Positions 37,480 to 48,872 of a stretch of 64,000 nt of DNA are shown one piece after another; the stretch's first letter is position 1; the number at the start of each line of letters is the position of its first letter. Under the pieces are notes generated by a model that was not told the origin of the DNA, searched no databases, and worked only from the letters and a program-made list of their open reading frames with translations. The stretch covers positions 928,001 through 992,000 of the forward strand of contig CAXWPJ010000009.1 of assembly GCA_963664115.2 (NCBI GenBank). Reading direction: 5' to 3'. This stretch comes from Terriglobia bacterium (GTDB lineage Bacteria > Acidobacteriota > Terriglobia > 20CM-2-55-15). A program made the translations under genes and the position numbers.

Positions 37480-38130
37480 ATGAAAAAGATGGCACGCATC
37501 TTTACCGCGGCTTTGATGTTACTAGTGGGCCCGGTATTAGTTGCACAGGCGCAGCAGTCGATGAGTTTTTTCGTCACCAGCGTGGGTCTGGATGACGGAG
37601 CCAATCTGGGCGGGCTGACGGGAGCCGATTTTCACTGCCAGACGCTGGCGGCGGCCGCGGGCAGTACCAGGACTTTTCAGGCCTATCTGAGCACCAAGGC
37701 GGGCGACAACGGGGTGACGGTGATCGATGCCCGCGACCGCATCGGCACGGGTCCCTGGTATAACGCGAGAGGGCAGAGAATCGCGCGAAGCGTTGACGAA
37801 TTGCATGGCGACAACAACGCGCTCAGCAAGGTGACAGCCTTCACGGAAAAAGGGGATGCGGTGAACGGGGTGGGTGACACGCCCAATATGCACGACATCA
37901 TGACGGGTTCTCAGCCAGACGGCCGCGCCTACCCCGACGACGGAATGGACCATACCTGCGTGAACTACACGAGTAACCGCGATACGGGCTCGGTTCAAGT
38001 GGGTCATTCCGATCGGACCGGCGGCGGTTTCACATCGTGGAATTCGGCACATGGCAGTCGAGGCTGCAGTCAGGACAACCTCGTGGGCACTGGCGGCGCG
38101 GGATTGTTCTACTGCTTCACGATCGATTAG
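37480..38130 (+). CDS. Exported lectin-like (endostatin/DUF1554-like) protein
   Basis: FFVTS, GANLGGL.GAD..CQ.LA, ARDRIG.GPW, LFYCF. Confidence 0.78.
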   Translation: MKKMARIFTAALMLLVGPVLVAQAQQSMSFFVTSVGLDDGANLGGLTGADFHCQTLAAAAGSTRTFQAYLSTKAGDNGVTVIDARDRIGTGPWYNARGQRIARSVDELHGDNNALSKVTAFTEKGDAVNGVGDTPNMHDIMTGSQPDGRAYPDDGMDHTCVNYTSNRDTGSVQVGHSDRTGGGFTSWNSAHGSRGCSQDNLVGTGGAGLFYCFTID

Positions 38131-38219
38131 TAGTTTCGCCGCGCGGCCCTCGAAACGGTGCTAAGGCCGCTTACGTTTTACTGCTCGATGAAATACCAGC
38201 TATAGGATGGGAGGTTCCG

Positions 38220-38609
38220 ATGACTATGCGATGGGTGTGGGTGGGGGCGGTGTATGCCACCCTGGCCGTGTTCCCGCAGCTCGGTGGCGGTGTGGTTCAA
38301 GCGCATCACAGCCAGGCGGGCTTCGCGACGGACAAAGAAGCGATAATACTGGAGGGCACGGTCGCAGAATACCGGTGGAGAAATCCGCATGTGTTGATCT
38401 TCTGGGACGTCGCAGGCGAGAACGGAGAGGTCGTGCGCTGGGTGGGCGAACTTGGCTCTGTAAATACATGTATTGCTAACGGCATGACTAAGACTTCGCT
38501 CATACCGGGAGACAAGATTACTGTCCACGCGATTCCATCGCGGGCAGGTACGCCGGTAAGTCTGATTGAAGGGTTGGTGAAAGAGGACGGAACCGTCCTG
38601 TCAGACTGA
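38220..38609 (+). CDS. DUF6152-like small exported protein (copy 7)
   Basis: VQA|HHS, WRNPH. Confidence 0.86.
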   Translation: MTMRWVWVGAVYATLAVFPQLGGGVVQAHHSQAGFATDKEAIILEGTVAEYRWRNPHVLIFWDVAGENGEVVRWVGELGSVNTCIANGMTKTSLIPGDKITVHAIPSRAGTPVSLIEGLVKEDGTVLSD

Positions 38610-38700
38610 AGCGGAGCGTAGCTGAGGCAAGCAGAACGGAACCCGACCAGGGAGTCCCAATTAGGGAGCCCACCTAGGGAGAACTAGGGAGTAAGGAAGA

Positions 38701-39584
38701 ATGCGAAATGAATTCAGGGCTATCGAGGCGACCAAAGCGATTAAAGCATTGATACTCGCTGGTGTGGTGGTACTGGCCGTCTCGTCGGTTGCGTCCGCGC
38801 AGGGTGCGCCCCCACCGGAGGGCTGGCGGACCTGTCCGCGGTGCCAGGGCGGTGTACTCGGTGCCGCGGTGAGGACAGAGCTACAGCGCTTGCTGAAGTG
38901 GAGGGGCAGTCGTTTGATCCACGAGACGTGTCTGGAGTATGGGGCTTCAACGGCGTCGAGTTGGACGTGTACTCGGTGCCGCCGCTGACACCCTATGGAA
39001 AGGAACTCTACGATGCAACGCGTTCGGAGGAAACCCCCGACGGGACGCCGATATCCAATTCGAAAGACGGCATGCTGATTTGCGATCCGCTCGGCTATCC
39101 ACGGCTGTTCGCCTACAACTACGGATTTCAGTTCGTGACGCTGCCCGACCGCGTAGTCCAGTTCTTCGAGTGGGGTCATACATGGCGTGATATCTGGATC
39201 GACGGCCGAGAACTCCCCGACGATCCTCCAGCGCCCCGGTGGATGGGTTGGGCCGTCGGCGAGTGGGAGGGAGACACCTTCGTCATCGAGTCGAACGGTT
39301 ACGACGACAGATCGTGGCTATCAGAGGACCGCAGGGACCGCAGGTGGGGTTTCCCGCATACAGGCGATTTGCGGGTGGTGGAGCGTTATCGGCGCACGAG
39401 CTATACGACGCTTGAGGCCTCGCTGACGATCATCGACCCGGAGGTTTACAAGACGCCTTGGACGACCGAAGCCACCATCAACATGAGTGCGGACACCGAG
39501 CTGTGGGAATACATGTGCGCACCATCCGAGTCGGAGTTGTTTAACGAACAATATCTGCGGCCGGCTGCGGGCGCGATTCCCTAG
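38701..39584 (+). pseudogene. DUF6152-partner family protein (copy 7), frameshifted near 38850
   Basis: Signal peptide and CPRC are in one frame; FDPRDVSG, CDPLGYPR and MCAP are in another. Confidence 0.75.
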
Positions 39585-39627
39585 CCGGCAAGCGTCCGTC
39601 CCCTTCCCGCCCACAAAGGAGTATTCC

Positions 39628-40539
39628 ATGAAGAATTTTATCGCGATGGCAGGTATCGTCCTGGCTCTCGGCGCGAACGCTATTGGCCAGGCAAGAAACG
39701 ATGAATACGAGATCACCCACTTTGCCGCGCCCTATCCCGGAGCAACAGGTAACGCGCGGGACACGGTGTCGGTGGCGACCGACAGCAAGGGATCGATTCT
39801 CATCCTGAGGCGTTCCGATCCTCCCGTCCTTATCTACAACCGTGAGGGAGAGCTCGAGGACTCCTGGGGAACGGGTTTGTTCGTCGACACGCACAACATC
39901 GATGTTGACCCGGAGGGCTACGTCTGGATCGGAGACCGGAACGGCCAGATGGCCTACAAGTTCACGATGGACGGCACAGAAGTCATGTCGATCGGGACAA
40001 AGGGAGTCGCCGGGGACAACAGCTCCGAATATGCTTTTAACCGTGCCAGCGATATTCTGGTGACGCCGGCCGGCGATATATTCATTGCAGATGGCTACGA
40101 AAACAACCGCATCGTCCACTATTCGAAGGACGGGGAATTTATCAATATTATCGGAGGTATCGCGGGAACGGGTCCTGGACAATTTGATGCGATCCACGCC
40201 GTTCAGATGGATTCCAGGGGCCGCCTGGTCGTCTTGGACCGGCATACCAACGACCCGCGTGTCCAGGTCTGGGATACCGACGGCACGTTTATTGAAGAGT
40301 GGTCCGGTCTCGAACTGACCAATGGCTCCGGTTTCACGGTGGACGACAGTGACACGTTCTACATTGGCGATACTGTGGGTCACCAAATCTTGATAATCAA
40401 GGATGGGGAAATTCTCCAGCGGATCTCTGACCTGGAGGTCGAAACGCACCAGATGACCCGAGACACCGAAACTGGCGCTTTCTACCTTGCAGATACCGGC
40501 GCGCCTGGCGGAATGATCTGGAAAGTTGTAAAGAAATAG
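39628..40539 (+). CDS. Exported NHL-repeat beta-propeller (PAL-like)
   Basis: H.I.VD..G.VW, FN...D, IADGY.N.RI, GPGQF..IH. Confidence 0.87.
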   Translation: MKNFIAMAGIVLALGANAIGQARNDEYEITHFAAPYPGATGNARDTVSVATDSKGSILILRRSDPPVLIYNREGELEDSWGTGLFVDTHNIDVDPEGYVWIGDRNGQMAYKFTMDGTEVMSIGTKGVAGDNSSEYAFNRASDILVTPAGDIFIADGYENNRIVHYSKDGEFINIIGGIAGTGPGQFDAIHAVQMDSRGRLVVLDRHTNDPRVQVWDTDGTFIEEWSGLELTNGSGFTVDDSDTFYIGDTVGHQILIIKDGEILQRISDLEVETHQMTRDTETGAFYLADTGAPGGMIWKVVKK

Positions 40540-40615
40540 CCGGCGCTTGCTTCCACGCCATCGCTTGAGAAGCAAAGAGTGTTTCCGTGGACATCCGACT
40601 CGAAAGGGAGAAGGT

Positions 40616-41038
40616 ATGAAACGTATTCTGAGTACATTTTGGGGATCCGCTTTCTTTCTGGTTGCGGGCTTGTCGTTTGTAGCCGAACCGCTACTCGCCC
40701 ATCACGGGAGGGGAAACAGTTATGACACCTCCCGTCAGGTCGAAATCGAAGGCACGATAACGGAGGTCCTTTGGCGCAATCCGCATATATCAATTTTTGT
40801 AGATGTGACCGACGACGATGGTCTGGTCACCAATTGGAGGATAGAACACAGCCCGATCCACCGGCTGGCACAGCAGGGATACAACAGAAATACGCTCAAA
40901 CCCGGCATGGAAGTAACCGTCATCATCAATCCCGGCACTGACGGCGTACCCGTGGGGCTTTGCTACGGGGTAATTCTTGAGGACGGCACACTGATCATGA
41001 ATTTGCGGGGTCGGGGCCGCGGTCGGGGGGCTGAGTAA
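40616..41038 (+). CDS. DUF6152-like small exported protein (copy 8)
   Basis: PLLA|HHG, WRNPH. Confidence 0.88.
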   Translation: MKRILSTFWGSAFFLVAGLSFVAEPLLAHHGRGNSYDTSRQVEIEGTITEVLWRNPHISIFVDVTDDDGLVTNWRIEHSPIHRLAQQGYNRNTLKPGMEVTVIINPGTDGVPVGLCYGVILEDGTLIMNLRGRGRGRGAE

Positions 41039-41155
41039 GGCGACCCGTTATCGCGGTCGTGAGACAGTAAATGTGCGGGTCATCTTTAAAGAGTTTACGC
41101 GCCGAACGCAGTCGATCAGTGAAGCCTTAGGAGAGGGTATTCAGGAGATTCAAAT

Positions 41156-41992
41156 ATGCGAAATTCTATTTTCCGTTTGATGGTCGTCTTCGTGTCGACG
41201 CTCTTGATATTGTTGGCGACCTCAGCAGAGGCCGGTCAGAGGGCACCAGCGAGCCCAGAGTCCACTGAGGCCGGATTCGATCCACGAGATTTTTCCGGAA
41301 TCTGGGACCGGGATGGCGGAGATCGTGGCTTTGGCCCGGCAGACTCGATGCCTCGCCTGACACCGGCGGGTGAGGAAAGGGCGAGCGTCATGCTGAGTCC
41401 TGGCCGCAGTCGTCTGCCCGACATTATAAAAAACGTCGACCGGCCCGAACTTTCGAACGACCCTGCCTTTTCGTGTAATCCAATGGGTTTTCCGAGGCTC
41501 ATCCTTGATATCGCCCATGACTATCATGAGTGGCACCATCTTCCGGACAGGATGATGCAAGTTATCCAGGAGTCACGAATGCTTCGCGAAATTTGGATGG
41601 ACGGGCGGGCGGTGCCTTCGGCTGAGGAGATCGATAATCTTGGGCCGATGTGGTACGGACATTCGGTTGGCCGTTGGGAAGGGGACACGCTTGTGATCAC
41701 TACGGTCGGCCTCGACGATAGAGCGTTACTGGATTCTTTTCTTTTACCGAAAAGTTTTAACGCGAGAATCGAAGAACGCTACAGGCGGGTCGACGCCGAC
41801 ACTCTGGAGCTTCAATTGACGCTCTCAGACCCGGACTACTATACGGAGACCTGGGTGTCTGACGTGAAGAGGTGGAGAAGAGTGCCGCGCGAGAACATGA
41901 CGTTTTATGGATGGTTTGGGATGTTGTCGGGGCTCGGGGAGTTGATCTGTGCGCCCATGAATGCGGGTGGAACCAATGCACGTGGCGGATGA
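41156..41992 (+). CDS. DUF6152-partner family protein (copy 8)
   Basis: CNPMGFPR, WYGHSVGRW, ICAP. Confidence 0.88.
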   Translation: MRNSIFRLMVVFVSTLLILLATSAEAGQRAPASPESTEAGFDPRDFSGIWDRDGGDRGFGPADSMPRLTPAGEERASVMLSPGRSRLPDIIKNVDRPELSNDPAFSCNPMGFPRLILDIAHDYHEWHHLPDRMMQVIQESRMLREIWMDGRAVPSAEEIDNLGPMWYGHSVGRWEGDTLVITTVGLDDRALLDSFLLPKSFNARIEERYRRVDADTLELQLTLSDPDYYTETWVSDVKRWRRVPRENMTFYGWFGMLSGLGELICAPMNAGGTNARGG

Positions 41993-42271
41993 GCTTGGCA
42001 ACAGATATATGTGTAAGCCCCTTTTGGAGGGATTGGAGTGCGGGCTTGGAGTAATGATAGCCACAGAGCGACAGACTTCCGTTCACAGGCAGGCCGGCGT
42101 TTACACCTTGACCGGGGGCATTGCGGGGCAAGTTTCAACACTATGGTCAGACAGAAAACCGAGCCACTTCCGATGGATCGCACCCGGATGAAGTGGGTTG
42201 TTTATGGATGCAGTTCTTTCCTAATAAAATGTTATTCCCTCATAATCTGAACGTGTAGGAGGTAGGGAGCA

Positions 42272-43210
42272 GTGCCAAACAAGATTCTAATCACAGTACT
42301 CGTTATTTGCCTTGGCATATTTTTCGCACGGACGGAGATCACCGCGCCGATGGCCTTGGGTACCGACCCGGTGGGGATGGCCTTTGATGGAGAAAACATT
42401 TGGGTGGCAAACTCTGGCACCGGCACCTTGGAAAAGCTAAGAGCCAGTGACGGTACCTTGGTGGACAGTTACCAGCTCGGAGGAGTCCCTCTTCGATTGG
42501 TCTATGACGACACCAACATTTGGGTCGCTCACGCATCAGGCTCGTTGACCAAGATCCAGGCCAGTGACGGATCAATTCTGGGAACGTATGCTGTGCGTTC
42601 TCCCCAGGGAATTGCTCACGAGGGCGAAAGCATCTGGTTGAGCAACGTTTCGGCGGACACAGTGACCCAATTACGCACTATTGATGGATCAATCGTCGGT
42701 GTTTACCGGGTCGGCGAGCAGCCGGAGGGCCTATTGTTTGACGGACAGTTCATCTGGGTGGCCAATTCGGGCAGCAATACTGTTTCTAAATTAAGTCCGA
42801 CTGACGGATCCATTGTCGGCACTTACGGCGTCGGAGACCGCCCGTCCCAACTTGTTTCTGACGGATTAAGTGTCTGGGTGACCAACTATGGCAGCAACGA
42901 TGTCACAAAATTGAATGCGAACAACGGTTCCACGATTGGGACATATTCTGTTGGTTCTTTCCCACTGGGAATTGCCTTCGACAGCTCAAACATCTGGGTG
43001 TCCAACTACGGCAGTAACGACGTCAGCAAGCTGAGCCTGGATGGCACACAAGTGGACACCTATCCGGTAGGAAACAGTCCGGCTGATCTTCTGTTCGACG
43101 GAACCAACATTTGGGTGACGAACGTTCGTAGCGACGATTTGATGAAGCTTAGCGTGAGCGATGGCTCGACGCTTGTTACGTACTCCTCTGTGCAACCCGT
43201 CGCCGAATAA
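42272..43210 (+). CDS. YVTN/YncE-like 7-bladed beta-propeller
   Basis: Seven ~40-aa repeats P.G..FDG..IWV.N.GS..V.KL...DG..VGTY.VG. Confidence 0.87.
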   Translation: MPNKILITVLVICLGIFFARTEITAPMALGTDPVGMAFDGENIWVANSGTGTLEKLRASDGTLVDSYQLGGVPLRLVYDDTNIWVAHASGSLTKIQASDGSILGTYAVRSPQGIAHEGESIWLSNVSADTVTQLRTIDGSIVGVYRVGEQPEGLLFDGQFIWVANSGSNTVSKLSPTDGSIVGTYGVGDRPSQLVSDGLSVWVTNYGSNDVTKLNANNGSTIGTYSVGSFPLGIAFDSSNIWVSNYGSNDVSKLSLDGTQVDTYPVGNSPADLLFDGTNIWVTNVRSDDLMKLSVSDGSTLVTYSSVQPVAE

Positions 43211-43296
43211 CGACTGAACCCAGGTACTAACTAAATGCTGGGGACTTAAACATTACCCCCAGTCCGCACCGCATCAGACAAGGTCTCGGCAGATAA

Positions 43297-44976
43297 GTGA
43301 TGATAGCGCCCTTCTCACGCATTGCGCACGGCTTGTCGGCATTAATCCTGCCCCTCCTGGTCCTTTCTTTCCACGGATGCGGGTCATCCGAGCAGCAGCC
43401 GTCTGGAGGCGTATTCCGATCGGCAGCTCCTGCCCCAGCCACGCTGAGGGACGGCATGGGGGAGGTCGCGTTCAGCATCACGACAAACTCCACTGAAGCT
43501 CAGGCATTTTTCAACCAGGGAGTCGCCCAGCTCTACGCGTTCTGGCACTCAGAGGCGGAGCGGTCGTTTCTCGAGGCCGCTCGACTCGATCCGGACGCGG
43601 CGATGGCTTATTGGGGTATTGCCATGGCTGCACCCGGCGACTTTGTTCCCATGTATCAACTCGCCTTCACTCCCAATCGGAGACCGCCTGTTGCTGTCCC
43701 ACCCAACTCTCCTGAAGCGCGGGCGCGTGATGCGATCGTCAGGGCCCAGGCCTTCGGCGACTCCGTCACTCCACGTGAGCGGATGTACATCAGCGCCGTG
43801 GCCGCACGCCACAATCCCTTTTTGTCAGATCCAGAAGCCGCCTACATTGCGGCAATGAGGGAAATCGTCGAAGCATTTCCTGAGGATCTCGAAGCCAAGG
43901 TGTTGCTGGCGCTAATCCTCGAGAATGGCTACGAAGGATCCACGAAGTTGCCGAGAGACGGGACAGCTGAGAGCGTCACGTTGTTACGCGAGGTCCTGGC
44001 GACGGATTCGGATCATGTGGGCGCCATGCACTTTTTTATTCACGCGCTTGAGGGAGGCGGCGATATCGGGGATGCTCTGCCGATTGCCAACCGGTATGCC
44101 GCGCTGGTGGCCAATATCCCCCACGCACTGCACATGCCCGGCCACGTCTATGGACTGACGGGAAGGTTCGATGAAGCCGTGGGAGCCTTCCTGACGGCCG
44201 CGGCTAAGGAACGCGAATACATGTCGGCGGATCCGTTCTACCCGAAACAGCCATACCTGCATAACGAAATGCTATTCATTCATGTGCTTGGGCTGCAGGG
44301 CAACTACCGGGAAGCGATGTCCCGCATTTCCGATCTGATGTCGGTAGAGGAGAGTTCCATCGAGCCCGATATGGCCACCCTGTATTACCGCGTCGGCTGG
44401 TTTGCTCTGATGAAGACGCTGGTACGATTTGAGAAGTGGGAGGAAATTCTGGACGGGGAAACACTTCCCGTGGTCGACGAGCCGTTTGAATCCGTTTGGT
44501 TCCCTTGGGCTCAGGGTCTTGCGCATGCGTCTACCTCTGATGCCACTGGCGCCGAGGATTCGCTCATGCGGATGGAACAGGCGATCCAATCGTTAAGCCG
44601 CTTCGTAAGTCCGACTCCGCTCCCGTTCCAGATCGCCCGTTCCGAACTTCAGGATTACATTGATGCGAAGACCGGAAACCTGGAAAGAGGGCTCGATGGA
44701 CTTAACCGTGGGGCCACGCTCGAGGCCGAGCTGCCTTACACCGAGCCTACGGTATATCCACGCCCTGTGCTCGAGTTGCTGGGTAGAACTGCGCTGGACG
44801 CGCGTGATTTCCAAACCGCCGAATCTGCTTATCGTCGCGCTCTCGAGAATGAACCCGGCAGTGGCCGCGCTCTGTGGGGTCTGGCCAGGGCACTCGAAGG
44901 TTTGGGGGAAAATGATGCAGCGGAAGAAATGCTGAATGAATTTCGACAGGTATGGCGGGGGGAAGATCCGAGATGA
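43297..44976 (+). CDS. TPR-containing putative lipoprotein
   Basis: FHGC lipobox-like; AQ.FF.QG, AMAYWG.A, H.GA.H..IH, HA.HMP.H. Confidence 0.83.
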   Translation: MMIAPFSRIAHGLSALILPLLVLSFHGCGSSEQQPSGGVFRSAAPAPATLRDGMGEVAFSITTNSTEAQAFFNQGVAQLYAFWHSEAERSFLEAARLDPDAAMAYWGIAMAAPGDFVPMYQLAFTPNRRPPVAVPPNSPEARARDAIVRAQAFGDSVTPRERMYISAVAARHNPFLSDPEAAYIAAMREIVEAFPEDLEAKVLLALILENGYEGSTKLPRDGTAESVTLLREVLATDSDHVGAMHFFIHALEGGGDIGDALPIANRYAALVANIPHALHMPGHVYGLTGRFDEAVGAFLTAAAKEREYMSADPFYPKQPYLHNEMLFIHVLGLQGNYREAMSRISDLMSVEESSIEPDMATLYYRVGWFALMKTLVRFEKWEEILDGETLPVVDEPFESVWFPWAQGLAHASTSDATGAEDSLMRMEQAIQSLSRFVSPTPLPFQIARSELQDYIDAKTGNLERGLDGLNRGATLEAELPYTEPTVYPRPVLELLGRTALDARDFQTAESAYRRALENEPGSGRALWGLARALEGLGENDAAEEMLNEFRQVWRGEDPR

Positions 44977-45288
44977 CAACCAATGCGCGGGTTCCACCAG
45001 CATGCTTCCGTTGACATCACATACTCTCAAAGGTGCGCGGGCGAATCTCCGTAGCCCCCGCTTCGATGGAAACCACTTACACTGATCGATCCTTCGCGAA
45101 CATTCTTGATGAGCCGGCTGACAGATTTCGGTAGAATCGTTCGGATTCCGTAACACGAACGGAAGCTATGATTGACGCTCGGTCCCTGTTTTCAGGTGCG
45201 CGGGTGGACTGGAAGCGGTCACCACGACTTTGAACACCGGTGCTATACTACGCCCTGTTTTTTTAACCGTGATCTGGAGGATCGATTG

Positions 45289-46464
45289 ATGAAGCGTGAG
45301 TTTGGAGTGTGTGCTGCTGGACTATTGTTGGCGATCACCTTCGGTTGCAGCCCGGGAGAGCCCGACTCGACGTCAGTCCTCCCACCCGCGCCGGAGGCCC
45401 CCGCCGCGTCTCCAACCGACGGGTCCGAAGTTGGTGCGGTCATTGACGGCGGGGCAATCGCTGGAACGATAAGCGTTTCGGGTTCGATTCCGACCCTACC
45501 CCCACGACTGACAGGGCGGGATCCGGAAGTATGCGGTACGGAGGATCGGCCATCGGAAAGCCTGCTCGTAAACAGCGCCGGCGGCCTGAGAAATGCTGTG
45601 GTGATTGTAGAAGGCGTGTCTGGCGGCAAGCCCATGCCCGCCGACGTTCAGAGCGCACAACTGGAGCAGAGCAACTGTGATTATTCGCCGCATCTAGCGA
45701 TCATGGCAGCGAACACCGAAATTGCCATCGTGAACAACGACCCGATTTTGCATAACGTTCAGTTCTTCCAGGACAACGACACCCTGTTCAACATTGCGCA
45801 ACCTGTTCAAGGTCAGGTCAATACGACCCTAGTGGAGAACGCCGGCATCATCGATGTGGAGTGTGCCGTCCATGCGTGGATGCGCTCAAGCGTCGTGGTC
45901 GTGGACAATCCGTATTACGCGGTGACGGATGAGAACGGCGCGTTCTCGATTACGGACCTGCCTGCGGGAACCTACCAAGTTAAGATTTGGCATGAATATC
46001 TGGGAGAAGAAATCCGTGAGATCACGGTCACCGGTGGAGTTGAGACGACGCTCGATATGGACCTCGAACCTCTGCTCGCAGAGCTGACTGCGCCTCCAGC
46101 GGACATCACTTCAGTCGGTGCGGACGAGAGTGGAACAGCAGCCGATGAAGTGATCGTGGAGATGATCGTCGAAACCGCGGGAACCACGTTCAGATTTGAC
46201 CCGGCCGAGCTCACGATCCCTGTCGGTACCACGGTCAGGTGGGTCAATCGTTCCGAACCCCGGCACACGTCGACGGCCGATCCCGAGTGGGAGACGCCCC
46301 AATCGCCAGTCATCCTGCCTCCAGGCGCCATGACATGGAGGACGCCATTTCTTAGGATGAATGATTCGGGGACTCACACCTTTACAGTGCCCGGGGAGTA
46401 CCAATACTTTTGCGAGACTCACGGCCCCTATGGAATGATCGCGACCATTACGGTCGTACCGTAG
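45289..46464 (+). CDS. Lipoprotein with two cupredoxin-like domains and a carboxypeptidase-regulatory-like domain
   Basis: TFGC lipobox; HNV...CAVHAWM and HTS...CETHGPYGM. Confidence 0.82.
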   Translation: MKREFGVCAAGLLLAITFGCSPGEPDSTSVLPPAPEAPAASPTDGSEVGAVIDGGAIAGTISVSGSIPTLPPRLTGRDPEVCGTEDRPSESLLVNSAGGLRNAVVIVEGVSGGKPMPADVQSAQLEQSNCDYSPHLAIMAANTEIAIVNNDPILHNVQFFQDNDTLFNIAQPVQGQVNTTLVENAGIIDVECAVHAWMRSSVVVVDNPYYAVTDENGAFSITDLPAGTYQVKIWHEYLGEEIREITVTGGVETTLDMDLEPLLAELTAPPADITSVGADESGTAADEVIVEMIVETAGTTFRFDPAELTIPVGTTVRWVNRSEPRHTSTADPEWETPQSPVILPPGAMTWRTPFLRMNDSGTHTFTVPGEYQYFCETHGPYGMIATITVVP

Positions 46465-47006
46465 TTTGTTCATCTGTCTGTAGGGTAGGGAAGTTGGCAG
46501 TGTCCTAATTACCAGAGCATTCTTTCACAGAACTGCGGTCGTGGTCGCTGTGGCGCAAACCGCTGAAGTTCTTTGTCCGGCCGAACCCTTCCCTCGGGAC
46601 GGCTTGGCGGTTTCTTCCGAATCAAACCGAAGGGATAGGATCGTCTCACGACTCGCCGCGACACCCCATAGATTTCCCCACCATTTCGTCCTTTATCAAC
46701 AGTGCGTCTGTGGTGATGTAATTCCCAAGTTGTAATTGCAAAGTGGTCTGGAGGAAGCTGCCAGACCTTTCCAGTTCGCGTATTTTCTTTGGTTCTGACG
46801 GACCCGAGGAAACGTTAGTCCTACCAGCATCTTAGGGTGGGGGACACAGTCGCTCGGAATAGCTTGACAGAAGTTCCGTAGCAGCGTAAAAACAAAGGAT
46901 TAAAATAAATTGTCATTAATAGATGTAAATAGCCATAAATAGCTAATTTGTATCAGTTTGTACTGAGGCTTTGTCGGCCAGATCACCCGAAGTCGAGGAG
47001 GAACTA

Positions 47007-48872
47007 ATGAAATCCGCAAAGTTGGTGCTTGTGCTAATGAGCACGATGGTTCTATGTCTGTCGCTCGTCGTCGTTGCACAGCAAGACCAACCGGCGCCAC
47101 GTCCGCAATCGGATCCCGATATGGGTGCGGTGCATCAGGATCTTTTGAATCCTGAGGATAGGGCCGAGGACGCCAACCGGCTAACGGAAGCTGTGGCTGC
47201 AGCACTGCCTGACGTCACGCCTTCGGGGCCAATAGCTCGAAAGAACTTCGTCGACGAATTCATCTTTGGCCGGATGGAGCGGGAAAATATTCCACATGCG
47301 CCGCTCTCGAGTGATGAAGAGTTTTTGAGACGGGCGTACCTGGATGCAACCGGTCTTTTGCCGGAGGCCGACAAGGTCCGTTCGTTCAAGAGCGACACGG
47401 ATCCCGATAAGCGGGACCAGCTTATCGACGAGTTGATTGGCTCGGAGCCATTCCTGGACCAGTGGGCGTATCACTGGGGAGAGCTGATGAGGGCGGGAGG
47501 CGATTTTCACCTTTGGACAAAAGAGTGGCTCAGGGTAGACCGCCCCTACGACGAAGTTTTCTATGACATCGTTACGCCAACCGCCAGGAACGCGGGCACG
47601 TTTCCGACGAGCGCCGCCTTCTACAACCCCATCAGCTACCTTTCGACCCGCTGTGGATTCTGGATGGATTCCGACGATTACAAAGGCTTCAACCGTCTGG
47701 ACTTTATTGATGAGGTCACGACCGATATCGGGAGGGTCTTTATGGGCCTTCAGGTGGAGTGCATTTCCTGTCATAACGGCGCGGGTCACGCCGACAGCTT
47801 CAACCTTTGGTTGGGCAGCAAGAGGAGAACGGACTTTTGGAGGCAATCGGCTTTCTTTGGGGATATGCGGGTCGTAGGGTACACCCGGGGCGCCGCCAAT
47901 ACCTGGGGCAGGGCCGCCATCTGGGACGACACGGCCGTCGGCTATAACACGGCCATTGACGGATACTACACGCCGGCGGAGAATCGATTTCCGCGCGATG
48001 GCAACACCTACGAACCCGCTTTTCTGCTGACAGGAGAGAAACCGAAACCGGGCGAGACTTCGCGCGAGGCTCTAGGCCGAATCCTGCCGACTCACATCCA
48101 GTTTTCGCGAGCGGCCGTCAACCTGATTTGGCAAAAGTTGATGGTGATCGGTTTGGTCGAGCCCTACTCCGGTTTTGACCTGATGCGCGTGGATCCCAAC
48201 ATTCCGCCGCCTGAGGGGTGGGACTATCAGCCGTCCAATCCCGAACTCTTGCAGGCGCTGGCTGAAGACTTCCGCGACAACAACTTCAGCATCCATCGTG
48301 TAATCAGAACGATCATGAAATCCAACGCCTATCAACTTTCCACCAGCTTTCCGGGTGAATGGACGGAGGCCTATGTCCCGTACCATGCGCGACGGTTCGC
48401 CCGTACGTTCACGCCGGTGGAAGCAATCGATGTCGTTGCCCAGGCGACCGCATCGGGGCTCGGGCTCCGGCAATTCGGCGAGTCCCTGTCCTACATGAAA
48501 GAGATGAACAGTCCTACTAGAGGCGGGGGTGATATCGCGCCTTTCCTGGCCGCGTATTACCAGAGCGACCGGAGGCTGGCACCGCAAAATGTCAATGTGT
48601 CCAGTGCTGTGCAAGCGATGATGATGATGAGTTCGCCGATTGTAAACGACAGGGTGGTGGCCGAAGGCACGACACGGGTGGCGACCCTGATTGAGGCGGG
48701 CAGTTCGGACGATGAAATCATCGAAGAGCTGTTCCTGGCCAGTCTGTCGCGCTGGCCGACCCCCGAGGAGGTGACGGTGGCCAAGCGTCTGCTCGCAGAA
48801 GACACGCGGACGGGTGCCGAAGACATTCAGTGGGCGCTGTTGAATTCCGTGGAATTTGTGGTGAATCATTAA
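47007..48872 (+). CDS. DUF1549/DUF1553 (PSD1-type) protein
   Basis: N.VD.FI, D.EFLRR..LD..G..P, CISCH, PSNPELL.ALA, I..S.AYQ, D..WAL.NS.EF..NH. Confidence 0.9.
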   Translation: MKSAKLVLVLMSTMVLCLSLVVVAQQDQPAPRPQSDPDMGAVHQDLLNPEDRAEDANRLTEAVAAALPDVTPSGPIARKNFVDEFIFGRMERENIPHAPLSSDEEFLRRAYLDATGLLPEADKVRSFKSDTDPDKRDQLIDELIGSEPFLDQWAYHWGELMRAGGDFHLWTKEWLRVDRPYDEVFYDIVTPTARNAGTFPTSAAFYNPISYLSTRCGFWMDSDDYKGFNRLDFIDEVTTDIGRVFMGLQVECISCHNGAGHADSFNLWLGSKRRTDFWRQSAFFGDMRVVGYTRGAANTWGRAAIWDDTAVGYNTAIDGYYTPAENRFPRDGNTYEPAFLLTGEKPKPGETSREALGRILPTHIQFSRAAVNLIWQKLMVIGLVEPYSGFDLMRVDPNIPPPEGWDYQPSNPELLQALAEDFRDNNFSIHRVIRTIMKSNAYQLSTSFPGEWTEAYVPYHARRFARTFTPVEAIDVVAQATASGLGLRQFGESLSYMKEMNSPTRGGGDIAPFLAAYYQSDRRLAPQNVNVSSAVQAMMMMSSPIVNDRVVAEGTTRVATLIEAGSSDDEIIEELFLASLSRWPTPEEVTVAKRLLAEDTRTGAEDIQWALLNSVEFVVNH

